This document shows, piece by piece, positions 38,735 through 49,510 of a stretch of 64,000 bases of DNA (its first letter is position 1; each line of letters opens with the position of its first letter). The DNA lies in the IMG/VR virus record IMGVR_UViG_3300020046_004224. One strand, given 5' to 3'. The position numbers were made by a program, and so were the translations under genes. The notes beneath the pieces are model-generated. The model saw only the letters and a list, made by a program, of their open reading frames with translations, made no database searches and was not told where the DNA came from. Source of the DNA: a virus (Duplodnaviria; Caudoviricetes).

Positions 38735-39415
38735 ATGGCACTAGGCAGTATCAAAAACGCAAGAGAAGTATTTCAGCAACACGATTTTTCGAGATCATGG
38801 CAGATTAGAATTTTGAACATGAATAATGTTCCTGATTATGTGTATAGAGAAATTATCGAAAAACCTGCTGGAATGGGTGGACACGTTTATGCTAAGACAT
38901 TAACTATTCCTGGTCGAGAAATTACAAATATCGAAGTTCCATATCAAGGGTTTCCTATCAATGTTCCTGGTATGGCAAAATATACGCCAAACCCAATTTC
39001 TATAGTTTTCAGAACGCCATCCGATTACTTGGTTCGAAATGCATTGGAAAGATGGAGCTTTGAAACCATCAGTGATGAAACTTCCTGTGGAAAGGGATCA
39101 GCATGTGATAATACCACTATAGACTTGGCTGTGTTAGCCCCTAATTGTGATATTATGCGAGTATATAGATTACATGGAGTGTATCCTCAGAGTGTCGGCG
39201 AGATTGCGTACGATATTACAGGCAACGATTTAACCGAATTCACGGCAGCATTTCAATATCAATACTGGAGAATCGCTCATGCATACGAAACTGGAGTACT
39301 AGACTCTAATGCCGGGGCACAGGCCGAAATTGACAATGTATTCGCGTCTTATGAGGCGAAGATTTTGGCTGGATCAGGTTCGACATGTCCTCCACTAAAT
39401 CTTCCCCAAAGATAA
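38735..39415 (+). CDS. tail tube-like protein (T4 gp19/gp54 family)
   Basis: IPGREITNIEVPYQG..I..PG, YRLHGVYP.SVGEI, F.YQYW; TAAATA upstream. Confidence 0.75.
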   Translation: MALGSIKNAREVFQQHDFSRSWQIRILNMNNVPDYVYREIIEKPAGMGGHVYAKTLTIPGREITNIEVPYQGFPINVPGMAKYTPNPISIVFRTPSDYLVRNALERWSFETISDETSCGKGSACDNTTIDLAVLAPNCDIMRVYRLHGVYPQSVGEIAYDITGNDLTEFTAAFQYQYWRIAHAYETGVLDSNAGAQAEIDNVFASYEAKILAGSGSTCPPLNLPQR

Positions 39416-39452
39416 ATTATATTGATTTTACTTCTTCTTAGTTTTATAGTAT

Positions 39453-40694
39453 GTGATGAGAAAATCATGGCCTAAAACATTGGAAGATGTTAAAGTATTG
39501 CTACCCGATTATATAGATATTAAGGATGAAACCTATCAAGGATTTCATAAATCTGCAACATTTATTGATAAGGATTATAATACAGAATTTATAAGAACTG
39601 TTAGATATGTAGTGGTGTATAAATCTGGCTGCAACGAAAGACAAAAGAACCATCGCCAAGATCAAAAATTATATTATTCAACCGAATATATACAGGACAC
39701 ATGTAACAGTGTTCGTTCTAGAAAAGAATTACAAGATAAATTTCCGACAATATTCAATTATATTAAAAATAATGATATACCATTCAACTTGTATTGCTCC
39801 CATTTTATTAAAAGCAATTCATCCAGGGGCGAAGAAATAACCAAATTAATAGCACAAAAATTACTACATCCACATCCATTTATCGAAAATTGTCGAGATG
39901 CTATTCCTTGTTATAGGGCAGAACTGGATATATATTTTCCAACATTGAAAATAGCGTTTGAATATAATGGGTGGTATTTTCATAAAAAGGAACATACCAT
40001 GAATAAAGATACCGTAAAGAAAATCAAGTGTGCCGAAAATGGTATTCTGCTACTGGTTATAAATGAATCCCGAGAGGGTATTGAACATACTAAGGATATA
40101 ATAGTTTATATAAAACAGTGGTTCATTCAAAACATTGATAAAATAAACAATTATTGTAATATATTATATCACCCATTAGACATTAATTCTTTAGATATTT
40201 CTATCGAAGATGTTTATAAACATTTAACCTCTCTGGACGATATTAAATCTTCTATAAAAGAGTGTTCAAGTCTTACCGAATTTAAGGTGAAACACAAAAA
40301 TAGCTGGAACATTTTACGCTATAATGATTTATTATACTTGTTAAATGATCTTCCTATTATCAGAGATTATAATAAATATACGGATGAGGAATTTATCCAA
40401 AAAGCAACTACAGAATTTACGTCGTATGCCGATTTTATCAGATCAAAACTTTTTAAAAAGCTTATCAATAATCAAAACAGAAGAAAAATATTGGATACTA
40501 TAAGAGATATATTCCCTAAATTTACCCATAACAAATACCATTGGTCCGCATTTTCCGATTTTGAATTAATAAATTTTATTGCAAAGAAATTCTCTTCTTA
40601 TAAAGAATTTTCCAAAAACAAGCCTCTTTATAAGAAATGTCATAAGAGAGGTTTAGTTAAAACTATTAAAATTAATTTTAGTAGTTTTCTCTAA
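39453..40694 (+). CDS. putative homing endonuclease (PD-(D/E)xK/Vsr-like)
   Basis: ELDIYFPTLKIAFEYNGWYFH...D..K...C; repeated helical DNA-binding units. Confidence 0.75.
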   Translation: MMRKSWPKTLEDVKVLLPDYIDIKDETYQGFHKSATFIDKDYNTEFIRTVRYVVVYKSGCNERQKNHRQDQKLYYSTEYIQDTCNSVRSRKELQDKFPTIFNYIKNNDIPFNLYCSHFIKSNSSRGEEITKLIAQKLLHPHPFIENCRDAIPCYRAELDIYFPTLKIAFEYNGWYFHKKEHTMNKDTVKKIKCAENGILLLVINESREGIEHTKDIIVYIKQWFIQNIDKINNYCNILYHPLDINSLDISIEDVYKHLTSLDDIKSSIKECSSLTEFKVKHKNSWNILRYNDLLYLLNDLPIIRDYNKYTDEEFIQKATTEFTSYADFIRSKLFKKLINNQNRRKILDTIRDIFPKFTHNKYHWSAFSDFELINFIAKKFSSYKEFSKNKPLYKKCHKRGLVKTIKINFSSFL

Positions 40695-41334
40695 TATGTT
40701 TCTCATATCTTTTACGAACAATTGTTTTTAAATTATATCCTTTATCTTCGATTTGTGGAATTAGATTATTTCGTAACCAGTTTCGACGATATGTTTCATC
40801 AGTATTGGTTTCATCTTCTACAACATATTTCTCCAAATCATGTTCTTTGACAAAAGCCCGAAACTCTTCCTTTTCATTTAGAATAAATGGGCGAATAATA
40901 GTAAGACCGAAATCTTTATATTCGGTAACAAGGGGGACTGGGAGGTATTCCGGTACTCCGTTTAAACAATTATACATGTAATTTTCACATGCATCGTCGA
41001 TGTGATGACCTGTGATAACGTGTCCCATTCCAGCCATTGCTTTATAACGCAATGTTCGTAATTCCGCCTCTGTGGTATGAAAATGTTCAGAAGTATCTAA
41101 TCTCCTTTCCCGCCAAACAAGACCAATATTAAAATCAATACAGAAATCAACAACTGCTTTTTCCATGAGATCGTTCTGTGGACGCAGTTTATGATTGAAA
41201 TGAAAACAATTAACATTGATCTTAGGGCATTTCATTTTAAGAAATGCCGCAATAGCAAGGCTATCAACCCCGCCACTACATGCAACGGTTACTTTGTTGT
41301 TTGCTAATTTCAGAATTTGAGGAATGAATCTCAT
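40678..41334 (-). CDS. tilS: tRNA(Ile) lysidine synthetase, minimal catalytic domain
   Basis: SGGVDS PP-loop, HFNHKLR, R.LRY, GHHIDD, RP, DETN....RRN.LR. Confidence 0.88.
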   Translation of the reverse strand: MRFIPQILKLANNKVTVACSGGVDSLAIAAFLKMKCPKINVNCFHFNHKLRPQNDLMEKAVVDFCIDFNIGLVWRERRLDTSEHFHTTEAELRTLRYKAMAGMGHVITGHHIDDACENYMYNCLNGVPEYLPVPLVTEYKDFGLTIIRPFILNEKEEFRAFVKEHDLEKYVVEDETNTDETYRRNWLRNNLIPQIEDKGYNLKTIVRKRYEKHIRENY

Positions 41335-41347
41335 TCCATATCATACA

Positions 41348-42106
41348 CTATTCACCAGCTAAGTCAACCATATCTGTCATATATGTATAAGTTGTTTTTA
41401 ATATCCATTTCTTTGTTGCATCAGATACTTGGCCCATCCAATGTTCTTGTGGTAATTTATTAAGAACCGCTTTAACGGCACGGTTGATAGCTGTTTGTTT
41501 TTGCGTCTCATCTTCTGCATTATGTGCTTGCATCAAATGATATTGGACCATTTGGTTATTTTGTATTTCCCCCGGCAACCAGCCCATGAAATGTGCATTA
41601 ACCTCATCGTCCGAATTTATATATTCGTCTTGCGACGTTGGACGGTTATTTTTAAATCGACCAACATCCTGTACAATATCCTCATATGCATGAGCAATTT
41701 CATGACGAAGCATGTCTTTAATATATTTAGGAAGACTTTTGTTGATGAAATCTTCGAATTTTCTTTCTTTATAGTAGTCCTGGTCTTTCTTAGATGCATT
41801 TACATAGATTTCAATACGTCCATTAGATTCTGCGGTTTCGGGGAAATACATTGCAGAGGCACCGGATTCATTATCAGTCGGATTTTGTTGCATCTCTGCT
41901 CTTGCTGCATGAGAACGTCCTTTATATAATTTAATATCTAAATCATACATATCACCAATGGATACTGTAATAGTATCACCAGAACGTATTGATTTCTTCT
42001 TTGCAAGTTTTTCTTGTAATTGATTAATTACGTCTTCTGATAATGTGGCAAGATCGACGAAATATGCACGTTCTCTAAGTAAAAGATATTGTTTAAGGTC
42101 TAACAT
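41348..42106 (-). CDS. putative zincin metallopeptidase-like protein
   Basis: HEIAH motif plus downstream Y...DEVNA. Confidence 0.55.
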   Translation of the reverse strand: MLDLKQYLLLRERAYFVDLATLSEDVINQLQEKLAKKKSIRSGDTITVSIGDMYDLDIKLYKGRSHAARAEMQQNPTDNESGASAMYFPETAESNGRIEIYVNASKKDQDYYKERKFEDFINKSLPKYIKDMLRHEIAHAYEDIVQDVGRFKNNRPTSQDEYINSDDEVNAHFMGWLPGEIQNNQMVQYHLMQAHNAEDETQKQTAINRAVKAVLNKLPQEHWMGQVSDATKKWILKTTYTYMTDMVDLAGE

Positions 42107-42209
42107 AAAAATACTTATCGGCTATTCAGTAAAAACCAAATAGCCGATAAATACGATGGAGAAACTCATCACAGTTTCTCAGATTTAGGGTAGATTGCCC
42201 TAAAAATTA

Positions 42210-42551
42210 TTACATACAATTTTCGAGATGGCTGGCAATCCAGCGGAAAGACATTCCCTTATCATTCAATTTCATGAGATTCTCGGTTACTGCGGAATCT
42301 TCAAAGGTCAAGACCTTTGGAAGGAAGTTGTATTGCTTTCCTGATGGTGCTCCTGCCATCTTTGTGATAGAACCCTTATTCACGCCTGCAATACGGTATG
42401 CAACGCCTAAAACGTCATATGCATCATCCTGTGGATCACGCATTCTGCCGTTGGTTTGTGTATATCTTCCACTACGCAGTGCTCTCACAAGTTTGTTGCG
42501 AAAACGACGTGGGAGTTTTTGATTTTTAATTTCTGTATTTTCTGTTTCCAT
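42210..42551 (-). CDS. hypothetical phage protein
   Basis: ALRSGRY.Q...DVLGVA...LND...F..IA motif. Confidence 0.65.
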   Translation of the reverse strand: METENTEIKNQKLPRRFRNKLVRALRSGRYTQTNGRMRDPQDDAYDVLGVAYRIAGVNKGSITKMAGAPSGKQYNFLPKVLTFEDSAVTENLMKLNDKGMSFRWIASHLENCM

Positions 42552-42589
42552 AAGGCTTTAAACTTAACATATCGGCCAAACCGCTTCAA

Positions 42590-42805
42590 CTAAAATCTAC
42601 GAACAATTCTGCCTTTTGTATAATCTGTCGGAGACATTTCTAGTAATACCTTATCGCCAACTTCTGGCTTGATTCTATTCTTTGTCATCTTCCCTGATAG
42701 ATATGCCAAAACTTCGGCATCGACCTTTTCCAATGTAACTTTAAAAAATCCATTTGGAAGAATTTTTGTTACTAATGCCTTAACTTCGACACATGCTGTT
42801 TTCAT
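42590..42805 (-). CDS. infA: translation initiation factor IF-1
   Basis: LPNGFFKV, AYLSGKM, GDKV..EMSP.D.TKGRI. Confidence 0.93.
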   Translation of the reverse strand: MKTACVEVKALVTKILPNGFFKVTLEKVDAEVLAYLSGKMTKNRIKPEVGDKVLLEMSPTDYTKGRIVRRF

Positions 42806-43046
42806 AAATGAAACTTATACAATTTATTTGTCAAATCAACATTTTTATATAATTGCATATCAATTACATTCTCACGTTCCCGTCCATCTCTGTATGAGAT
42901 ACCAAATTCTTCTTGAGAATCAACAGTAATATCCAATTTAATTGGTGTTTTGGTATTTATACTCTTTTGGATGAATGCCATCATTACCAATATTGGTGAC
43001 AAAAGATCATCGCTTCCTTCTAATTCTAATTTCATTTAACTATGTA

Positions 43047-43126
43047 TGAGGCGGCTCAGGGGATCGCACCCTGCTTTTTAATAAGAATTTTGCAGATTCT
43101 CCGTTTCACTAGCCACGTCAGCCGCC
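43047..43126 (-). tRNA. tRNA-Cys(GCA)
   Basis: cloverleaf; AGAAT-CTGCAAA-ATTCT. Confidence 0.85.
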
Positions 43127-43205
43127 ATTTATTTTACTTATAGTAGAGTACGATACAACACATCAACAAACATGCAAGTCATTTTCACTTTAAAGTTAAA
43201 ATGGT

Positions 43206-44177
43206 ATGATATTGCGGGATGCAACTATAAGTATGTATATGTGGTTTGATAAATATATTTTCTATGATAAATTAGTATCTCCTATAAACGGATATGAATG
43301 TAAGCGGTTATCGTGCCAAAATATTAAAAATTTTGGGTTTTCTTCGATGGAGGAATTTCATAAAGAATATCCAGGATTTCCTACAAAATGTGAGAAACAA
43401 AAAACAATATATAAAGATTGCTTACAAGCAATGAGTGTTATAGGCAATGAAGTGGCTCGACAAAATAAAATTAAACGAATAGAAGAATATAAAAAATCCC
43501 CTAAGTTATGTATCAAATGTGGTAAAAGCTTGTCATACGAGCAACTTTTAGAAAACGGGGTATATTGTGGAAGAGTATGTGCCAACGAAAATAATAATGG
43601 CAAAACCTTATCCGAAGAAACAAAACAAAAAATAAAACAAAGTTTAAGAGAGCATTATGATGCCGATGGTATTGTGCTCAAGAAAAATACAACAATTCAG
43701 AAACAATGTATTATGTGTAACAAAAATTTCTATTGTAATTACAATTCCAATGCAAAAACATGTAGTTCAATATGTCGGACTGCTATTTGTACAAAAAAGT
43801 CGCGTGAAAATCCTAACTGCGGAGGGCAAAAACGGACACATAGAACATACTTCAATAATATTATAGGAGATTCTGCTTATTTAGAAAGTTCATTTGAAGT
43901 TCGTCTGGCGACCATCTTAAATAATATGAATATATTATGGACACGCCCTTCTTATCTGTGGTATCTAGATAAAACCACAAATAAAAGACGATATTATCCA
44001 GATTTTTACCTACCCATTTATAATGTGTATCTTGATCCTAAAAATGATTTCTTAATCAAGACTGATAGTAAAAAGATTGAAAGTTGTGCCGAATATAATA
44101 ATGTCAAGATATTCATTCTTTCGGATAATATGATAAACGAGTCATATATAACAGAGTTTATTCAGAAAATCTCATAA
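43206..44177 (+). CDS. putative homing endonuclease
   Basis: zinc fingers, NUMOD-like SEETKQKI, ESSFE...YYPDFYLP...DPK. Confidence 0.75.
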   Translation: MILRDATISMYMWFDKYIFYDKLVSPINGYECKRLSCQNIKNFGFSSMEEFHKEYPGFPTKCEKQKTIYKDCLQAMSVIGNEVARQNKIKRIEEYKKSPKLCIKCGKSLSYEQLLENGVYCGRVCANENNNGKTLSEETKQKIKQSLREHYDADGIVLKKNTTIQKQCIMCNKNFYCNYNSNAKTCSSICRTAICTKKSRENPNCGGQKRTHRTYFNNIIGDSAYLESSFEVRLATILNNMNILWTRPSYLWYLDKTTNKRRYYPDFYLPIYNVYLDPKNDFLIKTDSKKIESCAEYNNVKIFILSDNMINESYITEFIQKIS

Positions 44178-44182
44178 AGCAG

Positions 44183-44257
44183 TGGTACCCAATACAGGAC
44201 TCAAACCTGTAACTTTCGCAATGTAAATGCGACACTCTATCATTGAGTTAATCGGGC
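44183..44257 (-). tRNA. tRNA-Val(TAC)
   Basis: TCGCA-TTTACAT-TGCGA; CCA. Confidence 0.9.
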
Positions 44258-44271
44258 ATGTTTCATAAATT

Positions 44272-44348
44272 TGGTACCTATACAGAGATTCGAACTCTGA
44301 ACAAAATGTTTTTGAGACATTCCCCTCTGCCAATTGGGGTATATAGGC
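44272..44348 (-). tRNA. tRNA-Leu(CAA), short variable loop
   Basis: AATGT-CTCAAAA-ACATT; CCA. Confidence 0.88.
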
Positions 44349-44359
44349 ATTTAAAAATT

Positions 44360-44440
44360 TGGTGCCCTCGACGAGATTCGAACTCGTAATTATGTCACAG
44401 TTTTTAAGACTGCCGGATATACCAATTCTCCTACGAGGGC
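44360..44440 (-). tRNA. tRNA-Leu(TAA)
   Basis: GCAGT-CTTAAAA-ACTGT; CCA. Confidence 0.88.
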
Positions 44441-44459
44441 TTATATATTACTTTTACTT

Positions 44460-44535
44460 TGGTACCCCTAGTAAGATTTGAACTTACAAACCAGGCTTCT
44501 AAGACCTGTACGGTTGCCAATTACGTCATAGGGGC
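44460..44535 (-). tRNA. tRNA-Leu(TAG), short variable loop
   Basis: CAGGT-CTTAGAA-GCCTG; CCA. Confidence 0.88.
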
Positions 44536-44545
44536 ATTTAAAATT

Positions 44546-44621
44546 TGGCGAAGTGTACTGGTAATGCTCCAGCTATTTCTAACTTGACAGGTTAGCGACT
44601 CTACTTTTTGTCCTACACTCC
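44546..44621 (-). tRNA. tRNA-Asp(GTC)
   Basis: CTAAC-CTGTCAA-GTTAG; G73-CCA; atypical T loop. Confidence 0.8.
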
Positions 44622-44694
44622 AAAGACCCCGAAAATTATGCATTATTAAGAGGCATCCAAGGTTTAATAATTCTACTTATACCATACACCAACA

Positions 44695-45309
44695 TTATTC
44701 TTTTGTAAAGCTTAATTTTGTGTATTTTCTCATATATTCTTGATACAACATATAAGTCCCTGACGAAAAATCAAATACCTGTTTATCAATCAAAAACCAA
44801 GGATCATGACTCATGACAATTGATGTTCCTTTAATTGTTGGTAATACATGATCGAAAAAAATGTGCTTGGCACGAACATCTAAATTTCCATCAATCTCAT
44901 CAAATATAAAAAGAGTCTTTTCTTCGTTTTTCTTTTTTGCCATTGCTACTATCTCCGCCTGACAATTAATCCCTTCTGACGAATGCAATGAGCCAATTCC
45001 TGCCGCTGACTCCATAGTTAGGTCTAAGTCTACCCACATACTTTGCCGAGTTTTAGCAGTGTAATGCCAAACATCAGTTATATCATCAAAACCTTCAAAT
45101 GAAAATCCCTTCATCATATAGTCTGGTGGAGGAGTCATCCAGTTTCCCTTTTTCTTTAACTTTTTATTTAGAAAATTAACTAATGTGGAAAATGTGACGG
45201 TTTTACCAGAACCATTTAAACCTACTACATATGTTATTGCATTTGGAATTATAGGAAGTTCAAAACCTTCTGGAATATTTTTTAAACCCTTTTCAAATTT
45301 TATTTTCAT
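44695..45309 (-). CDS. ABC-type ATPase
   Basis: GLNGSGKT Walker A, SEG signature-like, FDEID, SHD. Confidence 0.75.
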   Translation of the reverse strand: MKIKFEKGLKNIPEGFELPIIPNAITYVVGLNGSGKTVTFSTLVNFLNKKLKKKGNWMTPPPDYMMKGFSFEGFDDITDVWHYTAKTRQSMWVDLDLTMESAAGIGSLHSSEGINCQAEIVAMAKKKNEEKTLFIFDEIDGNLDVRAKHIFFDHVLPTIKGTSIVMSHDPWFLIDKQVFDFSSGTYMLYQEYMRKYTKLSFTKE

Positions 45310-46181
45310 ATTTTAATCTTTTACTGGATATTCAAACATACTGAGGTGGCAATATCCATCTTCTCCTAATTCGTCCAGCCATACTGCACACCAAGAGGAA
45401 TATACTTCACATTTCTTAACAATATAAATTCCTCCTGTATGAAGTTTCTCTTTTGCATTTGCAATAATATTAGTAAAATGAGGATAAAACATTCCTTCGG
45501 CAGTTAAGAACTTTACTTTATCACCAACTTTCGGCCAATGATCGTCTTTAGGTTTTCTAAAAAAATCAGTCATTTCTTCGGGAGTAGCTATTGTATAGTC
45601 TATAGATTTATTCGATTTGGGTCGTGTTGGTCTGGATAGATATTTATATATTTCGTTATTCATGATGTTTTCCGAGCCATCGTTCATAATCCACAACTTA
45701 CACAGGTTTCATAGGTAATCAAGGGAACAATTTTATTTTCTCCTGTTTTTTCTTTTATAAGAAGTGAGATATCGTGATAGAATTCCCACCACTCGGAGAA
45801 TGCAAACTCCAAACCATTTAATCTCATTACAGTTTTTACATCTGTATGATTTTCTATATTTGGATAATAATATAAACTATTCAACTGTTTAATTTTACCT
45901 TCTTTGAGAAGTTCTTGGGCTTCTTTTTCCGTTATCATCATATACTTGTTAATTTTGTTATATCTATGATCAATTGTTCCAGCTTTTCGATTTTTCTTAT
46001 ATACTCGCCGCATCCATGATAATCTGTTTGTTCACAATCCCAACATTTATATTTCGGTTCTACTAGATTATTCGTTACAGGACAATCGTCATAACCGTAT
46101 TTACAGCCACAAACCTTGCAGCAATGCGTCTCACAGCATCTATGAGCTTGGAAGTTATCTATCATCTGATATATTTTTAAT

Positions 46182-46261
46182 TGGTATCTCCTGTGGGAAT
46201 TGAACCCTTATACAATTCAAAGTTCGAAGCTTTGCGTGATGTTCCATTTCACTAAAGAGAC
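46182..46261 (-). tRNA. tRNA-Arg(TCG)
   Basis: CAAAG-CTTCGAA-CTTTG; CCA. Confidence 0.75.
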
Positions 46262-46285
46262 ATTTAATTTAATCATCTTCCATAT

Positions 46286-46360
46286 TGGTGCCTCATCTAG
46301 GATTCGAACCTAGAATTCAAAATTCGTAGTGTTGTGTGATATCCATTTCACCAAAGAGAC
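46286..46360 (-). tRNA. tRNA-Arg(ACG)
   Basis: loop CTACGAA; canonical T arm; CCA. Confidence 0.85.
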
Positions 46361-46367
46361 ATTTAAA

Positions 46368-46454
46368 TGGCAGAAACGGAGGGATTCAAACTCTAGACAC
46401 CTTGCGGTGTACTTGTTTTCCAAACAAGCTACTCAGTCAACTAGTTTACCTTCC
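46368..46454 (-). tRNA. tRNA-Ser(GGA), degenerate
   Basis: CTTGT-TTGGAAA-ACAAG, long V arm, G73-CCA. Confidence 0.7.
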
Positions 46455-46464
46455 TTTTAAAATT

Positions 46465-46552
46465 TGGTGGGACAACCTAGAGTTGAACTAGTTGCCGCCG
46501 CCGCACTTATTAATGGCAATAGATTTACAGTCTACCGTGCGGGGATTATCCC
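46465..46552 (-). tRNA. tRNA-Tyr(GTA), D-armless
   Basis: GTAGA-CTGTAAA-TCTAT; acceptor GGGATAA/TTGTCCC-ACCA; no D hairpin. Confidence 0.75.
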
Positions 46553-46584
46553 TTTTGATACAATATCATATACTTATAGTTCTG

Positions 46585-47142
46585 TCAACCATAATAGTAA
46601 TCTTTCCATCTATCTCCTAAAATATCATATAAATTTTTCAGATCAGATTTTAAAATCTTATTAGTGTGTACTAGTCTATGACAGTTTGGACATAATAAAG
46701 TTAAATTTGTGTGGTTGTGCGGGTCGGGTATTTTTCGACCGTTGATGTGGTGAATGTCGCACGTTGATTCATTCCATGAACAAATCGAACATCCTATGTT
46801 TAATCTTTTTAAGATTTTAGAGACTGTTCTCTTGGAGAATTCTAGTAAAGATGTCGCTGTATCGGCTTTAAATTTATTTTTCGTTCCTCCACCAACCCTT
46901 TTCGATCTTTCGTCTGTTGATAACAGATTGTTATATTTCTTGCGAACAACGTTTTTATAATCCCCTCTTTCGTGCTTTAGGCTAATAGCATCTGCTATCT
47001 TTTTATTGTGTTCCTCCGAATGAACAGGTCTTTTTCTATTACTCGCCTTCGCTGCGCACGATAAATTACAAAATCTTTTATATGATTTATCCCAATTTGT
47101 TTTTGGAATAAATTCTAGACCACATTCTTCACATATTTTCAT
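46585..47142 (-). CDS. HNH homing endonuclease
   Basis: CSIC...DIHH...N...LCPNCHRLVH. Confidence 0.85.
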   Translation of the reverse strand: MKICEECGLEFIPKTNWDKSYKRFCNLSCAAKASNRKRPVHSEEHNKKIADAISLKHERGDYKNVVRKKYNNLLSTDERSKRVGGGTKNKFKADTATSLLEFSKRTVSKILKRLNIGCSICSWNESTCDIHHINGRKIPDPHNHTNLTLLCPNCHRLVHTNKILKSDLKNLYDILGDRWKDYYYG

Positions 47143-47214
47143 TTTACGAATACAGACTCCCGCTACACCACCAATCGTAGCCGTTAACGCATATTTACTT
47201 TACTTATCTTAAAA

Positions 47215-47412
47215 CTATCGAATATTCGCAGATACTACTTTACCATCTTTAATAACAAAATTTACTCGGTCGGAACGGGCATCCATAGTTACGAAAAATT
47301 TTTCATCGTCTCGCTCTAGCACCCGTGCTCGAAAGCCTTTTGACTTTGCCAAATCTCTTGCATCTTCTTCGGTTAGATTAAAATATTCTTTCATATTAAC
47401 ATACTCTTTCAT
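47215..47412 (-). CDS. potato-I/I78-like protease inhibitor fold protein
   Basis: VTMDARSDRVNFVIKDGKV motif. Confidence 0.55.
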   Translation of the reverse strand: MKEYVNMKEYFNLTEEDARDLAKSKGFRARVLERDDEKFFVTMDARSDRVNFVIKDGKVVSANIR

Positions 47413-47739
47413 AATCCACTACTATATCATCAGTATCATCAAGTGTCAAGACGCTTCTGTTTATTATAGTACCAATTTGTTATCATCTTTATAAATGTCT
47501 TGTCTTTAAAATAAAGACAAAAAGTATATATAATGGCTAATAAAATCCCTACTATGAACACTGCTATTACAAATATATTTGTCCAGGGTATAATGCAAAA
47601 TATTATTGGCGGATCAGATATGGCAAATGTATGAAAATTAAAAAATTTAAACACTTTGTTCCAATATTTTCCGATAAAAAGAGCCAGAACAACACTGAGA
47701 ATATAATAAAATAAATAAATCATAATTTTTAAAATTAAA

Positions 47740-47817
47740 CAGTGATTAAAGAGGCTCGAACTCCTTATTTCGGACTGACTATATATTGCCGCGTAATGTC
47801 CCTTATACTAAATCACC
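47740..47817 (-). pseudogene. tRNA-like gene with aberrant anticodon arm
   Basis: acceptor GGTGATT/AATCACT, D and T arms present, 15-nt anticodon loop, no CCA. Confidence 0.55.
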
Positions 47818-47828
47818 TAAATTAAATT

Positions 47829-47902
47829 TGGTACTCTAGGTTGGTATCGAACCAACGTCTGCGACTTATCGGGTCGCTGCTAGGCCACTCAGCTACAGGA
47901 GC
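47829..47902 (-). tRNA. tRNA-Ile(GAT)
   Basis: GCGAC-CCGATAA-GTCGC; CCA. Confidence 0.85.
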
Positions 47903-47906
47903 ATTT

Positions 47907-47999
47907 TGGCGGATAGCAGAATATTCGAAATCCAACCTTGGATTGACCAAGATCACACTCCTTAGCAGGGAGGTCTACTGCCTTTGTAGTTTACTATCC
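47907..47999 (-). tRNA. tRNA-Ser(GCT)
   Basis: CTCC-CTGCTAA-GGAG, long V arm, G73-CCA. Confidence 0.8.
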
Positions 48000-48695
48000 A
48001 TTAAAATTCTTCACCAAGGTATCATACACTTCTGAAAATGTCAACCCGTCTTTTAACTTTAAAATATCACCTTTTCGTAATACATAAAGTTTATGAGGAA
48101 AACTTTTCCATTTACATCTATCTTTTTCTGTTTCATACCCTTTAACTTCTACATAACATCCTAAAGTCTCTATGTAAAAATCAGGCGTATAATGACTGTC
48201 GATTCCGACCTCATTTGTATAAGGAAACCTTCTAGTATTTCGATCCCATATTAAATCAGAATTGTTCAATGCTTTTACAACTTCAACTTCCCAAGTTCCA
48301 TCTACTGATATATCGCACTGCTTTGATGTATTATACAATGTAATCTTTTTACATCTTCCGGCAGTAGATACCCAACCGTTCTCGTAACGTCTAAGCATAT
48401 CAAATTTTCTATCGCTCTTAAATTTAATCTTTTCTAATTCAGTCATCCTACCCCACATCGAACCTCTTTCGACTAAAGATTCTCGCATCTTATTCCTCAT
48501 ATTTTCTGCTAACTCAACTCCGTAGATTTCATCATACGTCTTACCTTTCCTACATGACGGAATAATATGCTTATATCCTTTCGGAAGTCCAGTTTTATGT
48601 TTGATTTTATCAGGATTTTGATCACACGACATTTCATGTGCTTTCATAGACCCTGCGTTATTAATAGTTCTTTGACAAAATTTACATTCCATCAA
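47994..48695 (-). CDS. putative homing endonuclease (PD-(D/E)xK)
   Basis: DGTWE...YTPDFY....YVEVKG. Confidence 0.75.
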   Translation of the reverse strand: MMECKFCQRTINNAGSMKAHEMSCDQNPDKIKHKTGLPKGYKHIIPSCRKGKTYDEIYGVELAENMRNKMRESLVERGSMWGRMTELEKIKFKSDRKFDMLRRYENGWVSTAGRCKKITLYNTSKQCDISVDGTWEVEVVKALNNSDLIWDRNTRRFPYTNEVGIDSHYTPDFYIETLGCYVEVKGYETEKDRCKWKSFPHKLYVLRKGDILKLKDGLTFSEVYDTLVKNFNG

Positions 48696-49510
48696 ATTAC
48701 TTATTCAAATTCCTGCGAAAAACCAACATTCGCGTCTAATCCAATTTTATGAATACATTAATGCACCAAGAATAAGTCCTACGATAGACATAACCCCAAC
48801 AAACAAGAGTCCTCCACAAAAGGCTAAACCATGCCAATTAGAATAATCCACATTGTAATCTTTTTCCAAATCGTTGAATGTATAATGCAGTAGTTTTTTC
48901 ATGGGTTAATATTAACGCAGTTATTGTTTGTTGTCAACGAGATATTTCAGGGATAATGAGTTTCTTTACAAGCCTTCTCGATAAGTTTAATCCTGTCTAC
49001 TACATCCCCATGTTTCCGTAACTTCTGCAAACATACTCTCATATCAATTATATGATTTTCAAGAAGTTCTGCCCACCATTTACCCTTGGGGGTATTTCTA
49101 CCTTGTTTAGCATCATGTTCAAATAACAGTTCAGTTGTATTATCGATGCCTATTTGGATATTTCGAATAATCTCACCGATTTCAGTACTTTCTATACTCA
49201 CTGTCAAAGGTTCATAATCCTTTGGTGGAAGTAGAATATCAGGCATCTTTTTAGGGAAACATTCCGAACCATCGAAAAAATCTCTTTTGACGGAATCTTT
49301 CATCCAGTGTGTATTTGAATAATCACTCATATTTTATTAATGATTTAAATTCCAAATCTATCTCTTTTATTCGACTATTAATTAATTTAGTACGCCGTTG
49401 TCCGTAATCGGAAACCATATCTATTAATATTTGATATAGTTCCTTCCTCTCATTTGCAAGAGTATACACTAATGCTGATGTTGGATTATCTGTTTTCATA
49501 AAATAATTAT

